A DNA stretch of 62,624 nt, filler included, from Rhabdomonas costata (taxonomy: Eukaryota), in assembly GCA_019059605.1 (NCBI GenBank). It is 36 parts of 36 records of this genome, joined end to end, with 100 filler letters (N's around TTAATTAATTAA, not from the genome) between each part and the next. Parts side by side here need not be neighbours in the genome. Positions count along the whole stretch, not along the records: positions 34,858 to 36,499 come from JAHMHO010011434.1; positions 36,600 to 38,241 come from JAHMHO010011435.1; positions 38,342 to 39,983 come from JAHMHO010011436.1; positions 40,084 to 41,725 come from JAHMHO010011437.1; positions 41,826 to 43,467 come from JAHMHO010011438.1; positions 43,568 to 45,209 come from JAHMHO010011439.1; positions 45,310 to 46,951 come from JAHMHO010011440.1; positions 47,052 to 48,693 come from JAHMHO010011441.1; 28 more parts are not named here. The stretch is one strand, 5' to 3'. Shown here in pieces: positions 36,158 to 47,258 of the stretch. Below the pieces are notes generated by a model that was not told the DNA's origin, did not search any database, and saw only the letters and a list, made by a program, of their open reading frames with translations. Made by a program: the position numbers and the translations under genes. Each line of letters opens with the position of its first letter. Positions within the stretch are counted from its first letter, which is position 1.

Positions 36158-37158
36158 GTACTGACGGTTTCAGTACGCATGTGAGAGAAGCGCGCGCCTT
36201 TTTTTTCTGCGGTTGTTGTGTGCGTCTCCTCTGTCAGATGGTTATGAAGAAATCCCTTTGCTTCACGTGCGCTGAAAGTCAAGAGAGCGCGTAAGTTGTC
36301 TGCATAGCTGTGTGACCCGATGCGGCGTTTGTTCCTCCGTTTCCATGTCGTTTTCACTTGCGTGGAGACTGTTTTTGTTGGAAGTGTGCGCAAAATTGGT
36401 GTCAAATCGAAAAGAGGAGCCGTAGAAACGAACACTATTTCTAGTTAGTATCACCTGTATCCATGTTTTGTGACACCCCAAACCAACCACACCCACCACN
36501 NNNNNNNNNNNNNNNNNNNNNNNNNNNNNNNNNNNNNNNNNNNTTAATTAATTAANNNNNNNNNNNNNNNNNNNNNNNNNNNNNNNNNNNNNNNNNNNNT
36601 TTGGGTGGGAGCGGGAGACCCACCGGTACAGCCACACCTCCGGTGTGGTGGGGTGGGCCTCGCAGCGGAGGTTGCAGTGAGTGTCATTGTCCGGGGGGAA
36701 GGCCCCCGGGGAGACCCCACGGGGAAGCTTGCGCAAGTCCAGACCAGGGGGGTGGAAGTAAACCCTGGGAAAACAAAGTAATTGAAACAACAAAGCGCAA
36801 TGGAAAGCCAACTGCGAACATCCTCGAAAAGGATGGTACAGGAAGAAAAAGGTCATTACAACGAGCTGGGCTGAAAGTCCAACCGAAAAAGAAACGGAAC
36901 AATAGCAAAGGGCCAATAAAAACCGAAAAAAAAGCCTTCCATCTACCATTGGCGCATTATAGATATTCACGGTAACATTTCCCTCTCCCTGGTTTCTTGG
37001 AAGAAACTACGTGTCGTATCCTCTTCAAGACACAGCCCTACTCTGCTGTGTGAACGGGATTCACGTTGATCTGTTCTGACTTTTGGTCCCAGTCAGAAAA
37101 GATGTCATGTCTTCTAGTGGGAAGCGGGGGGGGTATGTCGGAGACACGTCGCAAATAC

Positions 37159-38127
37159 CCTGAAGCCAGGGTGCTCAGGTTGTTCGCGACCAAAGCACGC
37201 AGCCAAGCCCGATAGCGGGGCACCCCACCGCCCCCTGTCGAGGCCCCATCAGTTGCCCAAGAATTCGAAAGGCCTGCCCCGTCACTGGCCAGAACCCACA
37301 GCCCCAGCCTCTGAGCCGCTACAGAGCCCCCGCTGTGACCCGCCCGCAGCTCCTCGGCACTCAGGAGGTGCCGTAGCACGTGCACGACTCGGGGAAGCAC
37401 GATGCGGTCGGTGGGGTTTACCCGCATCGCCACGGCGGGAAAGTGGAGGTGCGGCAGAATGGCCAGGGTACCATTGAGGGAGTGAAAGTGTCCAACGATC
37501 TGAAGAATTGGAAAGTTCAGTTCACAACAATGTTCACCGTTTGGATGGAAGGAAAGGGCACTGAACAATTTTACAAGACAAGGTGATGACAAAGGGAATT
37601 GAAAGGGGGCTGCTGGTCACTTTGCCTCTCTTTCTGAGCAGACTTGCGGACTTTTCAATCAATCTCCCGTGCCTTTCAACACGGGAGCGCACACCTCTGC
37701 AGACGGTGTAGACCCCCCCGATGAATCCAATCGAGGATTTGGAAGCAAGTTACAATTCACGTTTCTGTGGGATCTCTCTTTCTCTCTTTCCCCTCCCCCC
37801 CCCATACACACACCATCCTTCGCAAAAAAAAAAAAAAGAATTGCACCAGTACTCTGGCATCTGACGGGAACCCTCACTCCATCCTCCCACACTCCATTAT
37901 ATATTTCCAAAACCAGCAGAGCCCAAACCTCCTGGTCATAGCCCTTCAGGATCAGCCCCTGGTGGTACAGACTGCGGGGACGCCCCCGCGGCAGAACCCA
38001 CCTCACAGAACCCAGCGGAGGGGGCTGACAGAGTGCCACATTGAGGGCGTCACAGAGGGTCACCCAGCGCTGGGTGGCCAGAACTCGGTGGTACAGCATC
38101 AGGAACTTCTCCGAGAAGTTGGTGGGC
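37159..38127 (-). CDS. Hypothetical protein, two exons (38127-37929, 37499-37159)
   Basis: Phase-0 GT-AG join ...LILKGYDQE|IVGHFHSLNGTLAILPHLHFP...LGLWVLASDG...; GC3-rich; family not recognised. Confidence 0.55.
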
Positions 38128-38940
38128 CTGAAAGTGTAATGCCAGAAAGGGGAGGAGGTGACTGGAAAGGTGACACTGAGCGCACTAGGAAACAAATGCG
38201 AGAAAGGGTAATGGGTAATTTATATTCTGTCCCACTCACCCNNNNNNNNNNNNNNNNNNNNNNNNNNNNNNNNNNNNNNNNNNNNTTAATTAATTAANNN
38301 NNNNNNNNNNNNNNNNNNNNNNNNNNNNNNNNNNNNNNNNNAATTTTTTTTTTTTTTGGGGGGGGGGGGGTTCAGGTTTCAGGATTGCGATCCCGCGGTG
38401 GGCTGATGTGAGGCGGCTGATTCGATTCTTTACTAGTCCTCAGGCCTGGAAAAGTTCGCCTCATCCTATAAGTATGGGACGTACACGACTACGGGGGGAG
38501 GATGTGCAGGATGGTCTCTCAAAGACGTCAGACGCTACAAATTCACTTTTATTCTTGAAAATTTTCGGGGCCCATCATTTGAGGTGGTGACTCCATTCGG
38601 ACCTTTTGTTTCTGTTGTCATCAGAATTGAGCCGGCTCCGGCCTAAGCCGCACTGGGAAACCCCGACCAGCCGAGAGTCTCTATTCAGAAACCATCCAGA
38701 GCCTGCAGAAAAGACGAGGGAGAGGTGTTCGTCAAAGGGAAAGCCACTCCCAGAAGAGAGTGTAACCAGACAGGAGGGAGGATACAGCTATACAGCTTAG
38801 GGGCATCGGGCGGACGCTTCATCTAGAGCAGGGGGTGGCGTCCCGAACTGAGGGCTCTGCGAAGTACCGAGCTAATTCATGAATGCGACTGCGTCTCAAT
38901 GTGTGTAGTGTCTGAGTGTGCGTTCGGAGGAGGGTTCTAC

Positions 38941-39499
38941 CTTGCAGGCGAAGGTGTAGGCCTTCTGCACCTGGGACCCCCAGAGCGGGTTACCAGGCAC
39001 CCCTGTCTTCTGGGCGTACAGGTTGAACAGGCTGCGGGCAGGCGTATGTGTGTGTGCGGGTGAGTGGGTCAGTGGGTGGAGGAAGTGTTAAGATACCTTT
39101 CCTTTCTCGGAAAAAGAGTTCCGAGTTACCCAGAACGCATTCCCATTCCGAGTGCAACCTCTGTCCACATGAATCAAGACGGAACTTGCTTTCGCGGTGC
39201 AGCACACGTAGAAAGAGACGACCAGCCTTCAAAAGAGAAGAAAAGCAGACAACCGAAAAGGAACACGCAAGGTTCACAACTTATTACTAGCAACAAGGCA
39301 GGAAGGAGTTGTGGATTCAGTTGAGGTAATAGCATTCGCGATTCTCTGAACTCCAGACCACAGGCAATTTCGGACTGAAAGGCGGGTGTTCCGGGGGGGG
39401 GGGGCAGGGAGCCCGCAAAGAATAGCAGCAGGGCCGCCACACGTACTTTGCTGCGCGCTCCAAGACCTCCACCGCAGGCTTGTACTTCCTCATGGCAAC
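38941..39499 (-). CDS. TPR-like helical protein fragment (exons 39499-39447, 39031-38941)
   Basis: VAMRKYKPAVEVLERAAN-LFNLYAQKTGVPGNPLWGSQVQKAYTFACK through a phase-2 GT-AG intron. Confidence 0.45.
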
Positions 39500-42364
39500 C
39501 TGAGCAGCAACCCGCATACCACAAGGTTTTTTGGGGTCCTCCGCCCCTTATCAGTACACCGCGCAACCTTCCTGTTTACTCAAAAACCCTCCATTCCAAC
39601 TATTCCAACTACATCGGTCTCACAAGGCCCAGGAGCGAGGGCTCGGTCTCGAGCTCTCCAGTGGAGTTTTTCCTAGTTAATAAATAAGTGCAGGTTGCAG
39701 TCCGACTAAAATGTGGACACATTGAAATGTTTGCATTGTATCACCGGCAGCTTCATTCTGGTTCTTTGGTTGACACACACATACACATACTCCGGTGTAC
39801 AGGGTAAACACTGGTACGAACACTATCAAGCATCGAAGTCAGCTGGAATCCATATTTACAGTTTACCATGCTGGTCTCCGGCGTGATGGTGAAGGCAACT
39901 CTGGCCTCTGGCCCCAACCCATCAGGACTTCCCCTGTATACACGGGGCAACCAGGTGTCTGCCAACCACACACCCACACCACCNNNNNNNNNNNNNNNNN
40001 NNNNNNNNNNNNNNNNNNNNNNNNNNNTTAATTAATTAANNNNNNNNNNNNNNNNNNNNNNNNNNNNNNNNNNNNNNNNNNNNACAAATCACAAAATTAC
40101 GAAATTTCCCTTACATCCAATTTACGTCTAATTTAGAAAAATGTGTGGACAACAGGAGTGATCTACTCCACAGCACTGTGTCATACAAAAGCTTGATAAC
40201 TTCCAATTGTGTTTCTTTGCAATAGGGCTCTCTTTAGATGAATTTAGTGGAGGGAAGTATTGGGTGCTTTGTTATGCTCCTTCAATTGTATTTTTTCATT
40301 CAATGTGCTTAACTTCAATCTTTTATTACGTGCAAAACGTGCTTTGCACTTGTACGTCTTGTTTTCTCACATATTGGTGCTATGATAACTTGTCGTGCAA
40401 AATAACCGGATTGAGTAGCACATGAAGTCAAATATACATGACAGTATAATTCTGGATGTGATACATACTTGTGGTTTAACTTGTGAACGCGAAGTAAACG
40501 TCATTTCACAGTTTCAATGTCATATTGCCAATTTAAACTATACATTCATGTCATGTTCATTATGCACAAGCGTTCGCACCTTTACTTCAATCCATAGTAA
40601 CACATAATCTACAAATCTAACAAAAGAGCTTACAATAAGGTGCACATAAGTCGGCCAACTTTGTGCGCGAACATGAGTGATACACTGGCTTCGAGGAGAG
40701 TTGGATAGCACGTGTGTGCAATGACTGGTTTCGTGAGGTTTTGTAGATATTACGTCAGATCTACAAATTTAACTTCACTGACAATAAACATTTAAACATT
40801 ATTGTACTTCAGACGTGATACAAGAAGTATCATGTAAGGTGTCTTTACTAGGTATAAATGAGACGACGCAGTAAGTGCAATATGTGCACTCTTTTCCAGT
40901 CATTTACTCCAGGTTTGCGATGAACTGGCGTGGGGACATGGAAAAAAGATTTCATAATGTCATATATGGTATTACAGCAGGCATTTCCGCACAGGATTAC
41001 AAATCACTGAAATTTAAGTGACTCACAGAGCTGGAGTTTTATAATATTACAGATAGAGAAGGCTTAGGTGTTACGACAAGTTTGTGCTCCACCAAGACAG
41101 CCGGATGTTGATACAGTAGATGAGAGAGTATGTTTTGAGTCTTTGGTGGTTGCAGGGCTTTTTCCAACCTACGCTATGCTAAATGCCAATAAGAAGATGA
41201 TTTTATTGTACGCCGAGACAATTTAAGAGGGTTTGTCGGACGTTTACACCAAACTTACGTATCAGTATGCAGATGGAGTGGAGTGCGGAGAGGATTATGT
41301 GTAGAGGAGTAAATGGACAGGTTTCAGAGTTTCTACCTTTGAAAGCAGACGTTCTTCATAGGAGTAGTGGATATTTAGTGCTCCAGATGAATCTTAAATT
41401 TTCAGAGTGATGGAGGAAGAGCAGGCGCCACCGTCCACATGTGCTCAAGAGGAGGTGTTTCATAGAAATGAAAAAGAAAACGATTCAGATACTGATATTG
41501 GTGGCCCAGTTGGGCTACAATTGCAGAGAGCAGTGCAGATGGAGGTGCACAAAAGAGTGTGGGAGTTGCAGCCCCACCAACCCAAGGTACATGTGAGGGC
41601 GGAGATAGGAGTTCCGCAGATAATGGTTGCACGGTAGTGAGCTTCAGTGCGAATGGTACAGAGGTCATTCTAGATCCACTTGAATATCTCAGAGATCATG
41701 ATGAGGAGGCAGTTGACCCAAAACCNNNNNNNNNNNNNNNNNNNNNNNNNNNNNNNNNNNNNNNNNNNNTTAATTAATTAANNNNNNNNNNNNNNNNNNN
41801 NNNNNNNNNNNNNNNNNNNNNNNNNGTTGGTGTTGCCGCCGAGCGAGTCAGATGGCCGAGTCGGAAGAGGTCTGTCTACTTGGTGGGTGGGCTTGCAGTG
41901 ATGGTCCAGGCGACCAGTGCAGGGTTCTTGTTCTCGGCAAGGTTGTCGTGTTTCTTTTTTCGCGGTTACATTGCTTTTTTATTGGCTTAGGCCTTTGTGA
42001 TCTGCTCTGTATACGGTGGGTCACTTCAAAATTGCTTTGAAGGGATTGTTGCTTTGTTCTGCACTGCGATGAAGGCAAGCGATGCATTGAAAATCCATAG
42101 TTTGTGTGAACAGCTCTTCACTTGTAGCTTACATAGACCGCTTGATGTGCGCCCTCCATCGTAGTATGAAATACCGCGATATACGAAATGGCACGTACCT
42201 TTCTTTGTCTCCCTGACTTTACATTTTCTGTGGCTGGGACTATCAGGCCGCGACATTCCAGTTCTTCTTGGAACCCACCTTTTCCATCACAAAAGCACCT
42301 AGACCTATTGCTTCTGGATCCCGGCTCACAAAACAAAACCAGGCATAACAGAGGAATGTGAAAC

Positions 42365-42587
42365 CTCTCGGCACTGAATGGTAGAAGTCATTCTCGGATC
42401 CCAGAGATGCGCCTCCTTGATGGCCACCGGCTTCTTGCTTGTCTTATCCATGGCGAGGTAGACACTTCCGCACCCCCCATCACCCAGCAGGCCTTGAAGA
42501 ATGTAGGCCCTTTTGCGGTTGCCAACCTCGCCGGAGGAACCAGCGATATCCAGCAGAGAGCCGGAAAGAAGGTACCCAGACGGGTTG
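42365..42587 (-). CDS. Ser/Thr protein kinase N-lobe exon (subdomains I-III), spliceable in frame to the upstream ART-like exon
   Basis: YILQGLLGDGGCGSVYLAMDKTSKKPVAIKE...CRE|GT; GxGxxGxV and VAIK present; phase-2 acceptor CACACAG|. Confidence 0.85.
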
Positions 42588-42840
42588 CTGTGTGAGAAAC
42601 CCAGGGGTGGGAATAGGGGAAGTGCAGAGGTGTCCATTATCAACAGGACCCAACATCTCCTAACCCATCGCTCGAGTCCATACCCCCCATACCCACTGCA
42701 CCCCACCCTCCACCTGGATTCATTCAGCAAATGAAACTGGACTGAGAAGTGGGGGAAGAAGAAACCCCAAGCAATATACGGATGGCCCCTCGACAAAGCG
42801 AAACCGGCTAATATCGACTTGAACATACCAAACACTCGAC

Positions 42841-43466
42841 CAGTGCAGGTAGTTGATCGATGAAAGCCGGTTGTACTTTCCCTTCACCGTGACCAGGCCG
42901 GGACTCACTTCGCCCGCACCAATGGCCACCGTGTGGTGGTCGACAATCTGAACGTCGACGGCCGCCCCGAACTCCACAAGCACATCTCTTTCTTTCCTGT
43001 TGCACGACAGCTCGGCAATGTTGTAGCCCTCAATCTCGGACACCGTGTACAGGGTACGGTCGCCTGTTTTCTTGGTCCTGAAATCGGCCAGCACATCGCG
43101 CTCTGTGGTGAAGAAAGTCAGATCGCTAAAGAAGATCCTGGGGACCTCACTCTCGATGGACTCCTTCACTCCACGTTCCACACGGAACCCCGTCACCCCA
43201 GAGATCCGGAACCGCTCCGGAAGTGACCGCAGCCCGATCAGAACCAACTTCGCAAAGAACAGCCCGTCGGAAAACCGCACACTCTCCCCGTTAGTCATTA
43301 GGTACTTCAGCACGTAGCGCAACGACGATCCGGTAAAGCTTCGGACGGCGGCGAGGCAGTCGAGCCGGACTGCCCGACGGACGTCTTCTAGAGCGCTGTG
43401 CTGGGCCCAGTGGAGGCATTGCTCCAGGCAGTTCTCGCACCCACCCCAGGCTTCGTTAAGCCAAAA
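42841..43466 (-). CDS. ADP-ribosyltransferase-like (R-S-E clade) domain with degenerate catalytic motifs
   Basis: Open from the contig end: LAAVRSFTG...FAKLVLIGLRSLP...TGFRVERG...DLTFFTT...F...GDRTLYTV...GYNIAELS..KERDVLV, collinear with AIxxYT / LxxLP / YRG / FTSxS / GxRTLF / GxxIxxxS / ExEVLL. Confidence 0.65.
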
Positions 43467-43760
43467 ANNNNNNNNNNNNNNNNNNNNNNNNNNNNNNNNN
43501 NNNNNNNNNNNTTAATTAATTAANNNNNNNNNNNNNNNNNNNNNNNNNNNNNNNNNNNNNNNNNNNNCAGTGATATGCGTAAGATATGGGTGATGGTTCT
43601 CCACCCAAAATATGCGGTGTGCGGATAACGGTGATACGTGCGTGCATATTTGCTATGCCGGAAGAGAAGTACGTATTTTTATATTTTTCTCATCCCATGC
43701 CGTGTAGAGAGTATTGCGCCCACTTGGGGCGCATCAGTGTGCTTCCTCGTCACTCCTCAG

Positions 43761-43878
43761 GATGCCCTCGGGAAGAGACTGAGGAGGACCCCGCCGCAGT
43801 GGTGCGGGCGCTGCAGGAACAGTGCTGGGCAGAGGTCAGCCGCTCCGGACTTCTGGAGTTGCTATTCTCGGAGCTCAG
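43761..43878 (+). CDS. Isolated exon of a hypothetical helical protein
   Basis: CTCAG|...EETEEDPAAVVRALQEQCWAEVSRSGLLELLFSEL..|GT; GC3-rich. Confidence 0.35.
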
Positions 43879-45823
43879 GTGGCTTTTTCCCGATCCACCC
43901 TGAACTTTTTTGGAACCACTTGGAAAAGTTGAGTGCGCTTGCCCCATGTATGGGGAGGCGCAGAGAGAGGGCGGGTCTTTGTTTCAGGTGATTCAAGAAA
44001 GTAGTTGACCTACCGTAAGATCAACATGCATTCTCACCCTTCAAGGCCACCCTTGTGTTGTTCTCTTTGCGAGCGTATCACTTTGGTGCAGAAACTCAGG
44101 CTCCACAGCGCTTCCGGCCGAGGCCGCAGAGTGCCTTTTTGTTGTGGTGCTGCGGAACCCCCACGGCAGGTCGGCCTTCATTGGTGCCCATGGTGTGCCT
44201 GTGTGGGCGTGTGGAGTCACAGTGTTGGAGAGCGCCAAACCGCCAGCAGACCGGTGCCCGTGTGAGGGATATGCGGTGCAGAATGCACGGTGAGTATGTA
44301 TCACTTGAGGTTTCTCTTGATTAGCGAGAGACATCGGGTTCATTTTGTTTACCTGAAGCCGAAAACTGCCAGCCCCCGAATTACCTCTCCGTGTTCCTGC
44401 ACAGCAGGTGAGTGCTTGTGGCACATCTGCGTTTTGACAATCGGCATGGCTGTGTTGTTGTTAGTTCGCGTTTGCGTATGTGTCCGAGGGACCTTTCTCA
44501 TCTGTCATCTCAAACATCGCTGTGCAGGACCTCCAGGACCCCCGAGTTTCTAAGGGGAAAGCTTGGCTAGGGGTAGGGGCCGGAGTGTCCGTTGGTCCAT
44601 ACCCGACCATAGAAAGGGTGATGTGGGGTTTGGACCTCGAGCGTACCCCAGAAAAGAGTTGACCTTGTCGTGTAATGTGTGGTTGGGCGGGTGGCTCGCA
44701 GGGGTATGCCGAGTGCTGCTCATCCTGCAGGGCGATGCCCCCTTGGAGGTTCTGAATTACCTCTGCGCCACGCTGCGGTGTGTGGGATGCGCGGAGATGG
44801 GATGGGTGGGGGAGCGCTTTCCACGAAGGTGCGTGGGTATCCGATCCCCATACACAGCTACAGCAGCAGAAGTTCAGCAGTCAGGGGTTGAGGTTGTTGG
44901 TAAGCCATTGAGACTTCGAGACCCCTCTCTTTCCTTTGAGGCTGTTTACTGATGAACAGTACCAGTCACCCTCCCCTTCACCGGCGCTAGCCGTCCGCGA
45001 CTTCCCAAAAGGTTGCCACGGGTACCACACAAGAAATTCCCTGCAGATCATGAATTCTCATTGTTTCGCGCTTCCCTTTGCTCTGTTGTGTCATGATGCT
45101 GTCGTATCTTGTGTATCATGTTTTGCCACCCCCCCCCCCCCCCAAAAAAAAAGTGAGGTGGTGGCGGAATGCCCGGAGGCCTTCATTGCGGAGGACTACC
45201 CACCAAACANNNNNNNNNNNNNNNNNNNNNNNNNNNNNNNNNNNNNNNNNNNNTTAATTAATTAANNNNNNNNNNNNNNNNNNNNNNNNNNNNNNNNNNN
45301 NNNNNNNNNGGTTGTTTTGAGCACTGAGACTCGTTGTTGTCAAGAGGAGTGTGCATCCGGTACTTCGCAAGTGTCGAAAGAAAGGACCAGGTATACAGGA
45401 TACATGGAGCCAAGTTAAAGAGATTTCACGCAAGTCTCCTGCTGGCTCGGGGCGCCACCCCATGGTTGGCGATTGAACCTGGGGCAGTGTGCAGCCCATA
45501 GGGACTAGCCAGGGACCAAACAAAACGAAAATTTAAACATTATGCAACGACTGCGCAGCTGAATGCAGTGTTCAGGGCTGCAAGGTGGATGGGAAAACGC
45601 TGAGCAGAATATTTAACCACTGTTCTTGCTGTGTGGATTATATGATCGTTCGAATATTGGCAAGGGACAGAAAACCGCATTTCTTTTAGGTACGCACTGC
45701 ATGAGTTTTTTTGCCCATTCCAAGGCGCCTTGTGATGCCAATGCCGGACTTGATGGGAAAGGTTAGAATCCTTTTCTCCCACAACGTGCTCAGAGACCGA
45801 CACCCACCCACGTTTGCTCTCAG

Positions 45824-46295
45824 GACCACGCTGCCTCTGCAGTGGCCAAGGCTGGTGTCCCTGTGTTTGCCTGGAAGGGGGAGACCATGGAGGAGTACGA
45901 CTGGTGCATCGAGCAGACGATCAAGTTTTCCGGTGGGAAGTATGTTCTTTTTCTCTTCCACTCTGCTCGGCGCTGCTTTGCGGTCTTTTCACTCTTTTTT
46001 TTTTGCTCGTTTCCCCAGGGGCCCCAATCTGCTGCTTGACGATGGTGGGGACCTCACCAACCTCGTTCACGACAAGCACCAGGAGCTCATTCCTGAGATC
46101 GTTGGCGTTTCTGTATGCGCTCGCCTTTTCTGAGTTCTCAGGAGTTGTGCGTGGAAAGACAGAGCAGGCTGTGCTGGAAAAGGCTTCAAGAAAGCAACCA
46201 CATTTGGTGAAAAGTGTGTCTTCTCCTTCTCTCAGGAGGAGACCACCACTGGGGTGCACAACCTGTACAAGAGGTTGAAGCTGGGTTCCCTGAAG
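45824..46295 (+). CDS. AHCY: S-adenosylhomocysteine hydrolase, three internal exons (45824-45939, 46019-46112, 46236-46295)
   Basis: [32 protein letters not shown]...[45 protein letters not shown]; lacks the ~40-aa plant-type insert; GT-AG introns of 79 and 123 nt. Confidence 0.97.
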
Positions 46296-47084
46296 GTTTG
46301 CTGCTGACTCGACCTCCTTTGCATTTTCGTTGTGTTTCTTCCTGATGCCATTCATGGCGGTAATGCTGATGCCCCTTCACCGCCACCACCCTGTCGTGCT
46401 GCACGGGGGAGTGCGGAGATTCCGCTTATGTGGAAAGGCCACCCGGGAACGGACCCCCGACCCCGACCCCCTGCGGCGGGGCCACTGGGTGATTGGAGAC
46501 TGGGTCCGTGGCACCGCAACCTCCAAGCCGCACAGGAAGAGAAACCAAAGGCCAAATAGCAACGGGGATCTGTGAACTGAAGGCGCACGACCAAGCCTGT
46601 TGCAATAAAGAGTGGATCAGTGGCAGCAAAGGACCTGCACTCAACGAAGAGGTGTTGCGGAGAAGGTGAACCACCTTTGCGGTCCGGAGAATATGCCGCC
46701 TGCGGATCACCCAAGCACTCAAGCTTTTCCAGGGCTGCTTGTAGGTTGTTGTGCACCTGTTTGAGCTCGCTGCGAACGTAGGAGGCGCGGCCAATGGGCG
46801 TACTCATAATTTAACTCCCGCTGTCCACGAAACCCAGAGGATGCGATACCTTTCAAGCAGCAAAGTGAACCAGGCTCCCAGTGCTTGGGCTAGCTGCGGT
46901 TCAGATTCAAACCGATCGCTGCAGCTGCTGTCTCCAAGTTTTCCACAACCTNNNNNNNNNNNNNNNNNNNNNNNNNNNNNNNNNNNNNNNNNNNNTTAAT
47001 TAATTAANNNNNNNNNNNNNNNNNNNNNNNNNNNNNNNNNNNNNNNNNNNNGGTTGGTTTGAGCAAGAAAAGGAAGGCAGTGAC

Positions 47085-47258
47085 CTGGGTGACCCCTTTT
47101 CCCAGGGTCTTGGCCAGGCCCAGGGAGGCGTCCTCTGGAGGCCGGGTGCCTGTCTTGAACCGCGCTCCTCCCTGAATACATGTCGTTACGAAGAACTTAG
47201 CTGCAAGAACGATGGTCGCTCCCAGAGTGACTCTTAGCGCCAACAAGTCCACCGCCAT
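47085..47258 (-). CDS. MAPEG-superfamily (MGST1/PGES-like) membrane protein, first exon
   Basis: MAVDLLALRVTLGATIVLAAKFFVTTCIQGGARFKTGTRPPEDASLGLAK...Q|GT; TM helix with K, then QGxxxFxxGxRPPED, a motif I recall from protist/oomycete MAPEG proteins. Confidence 0.65.
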
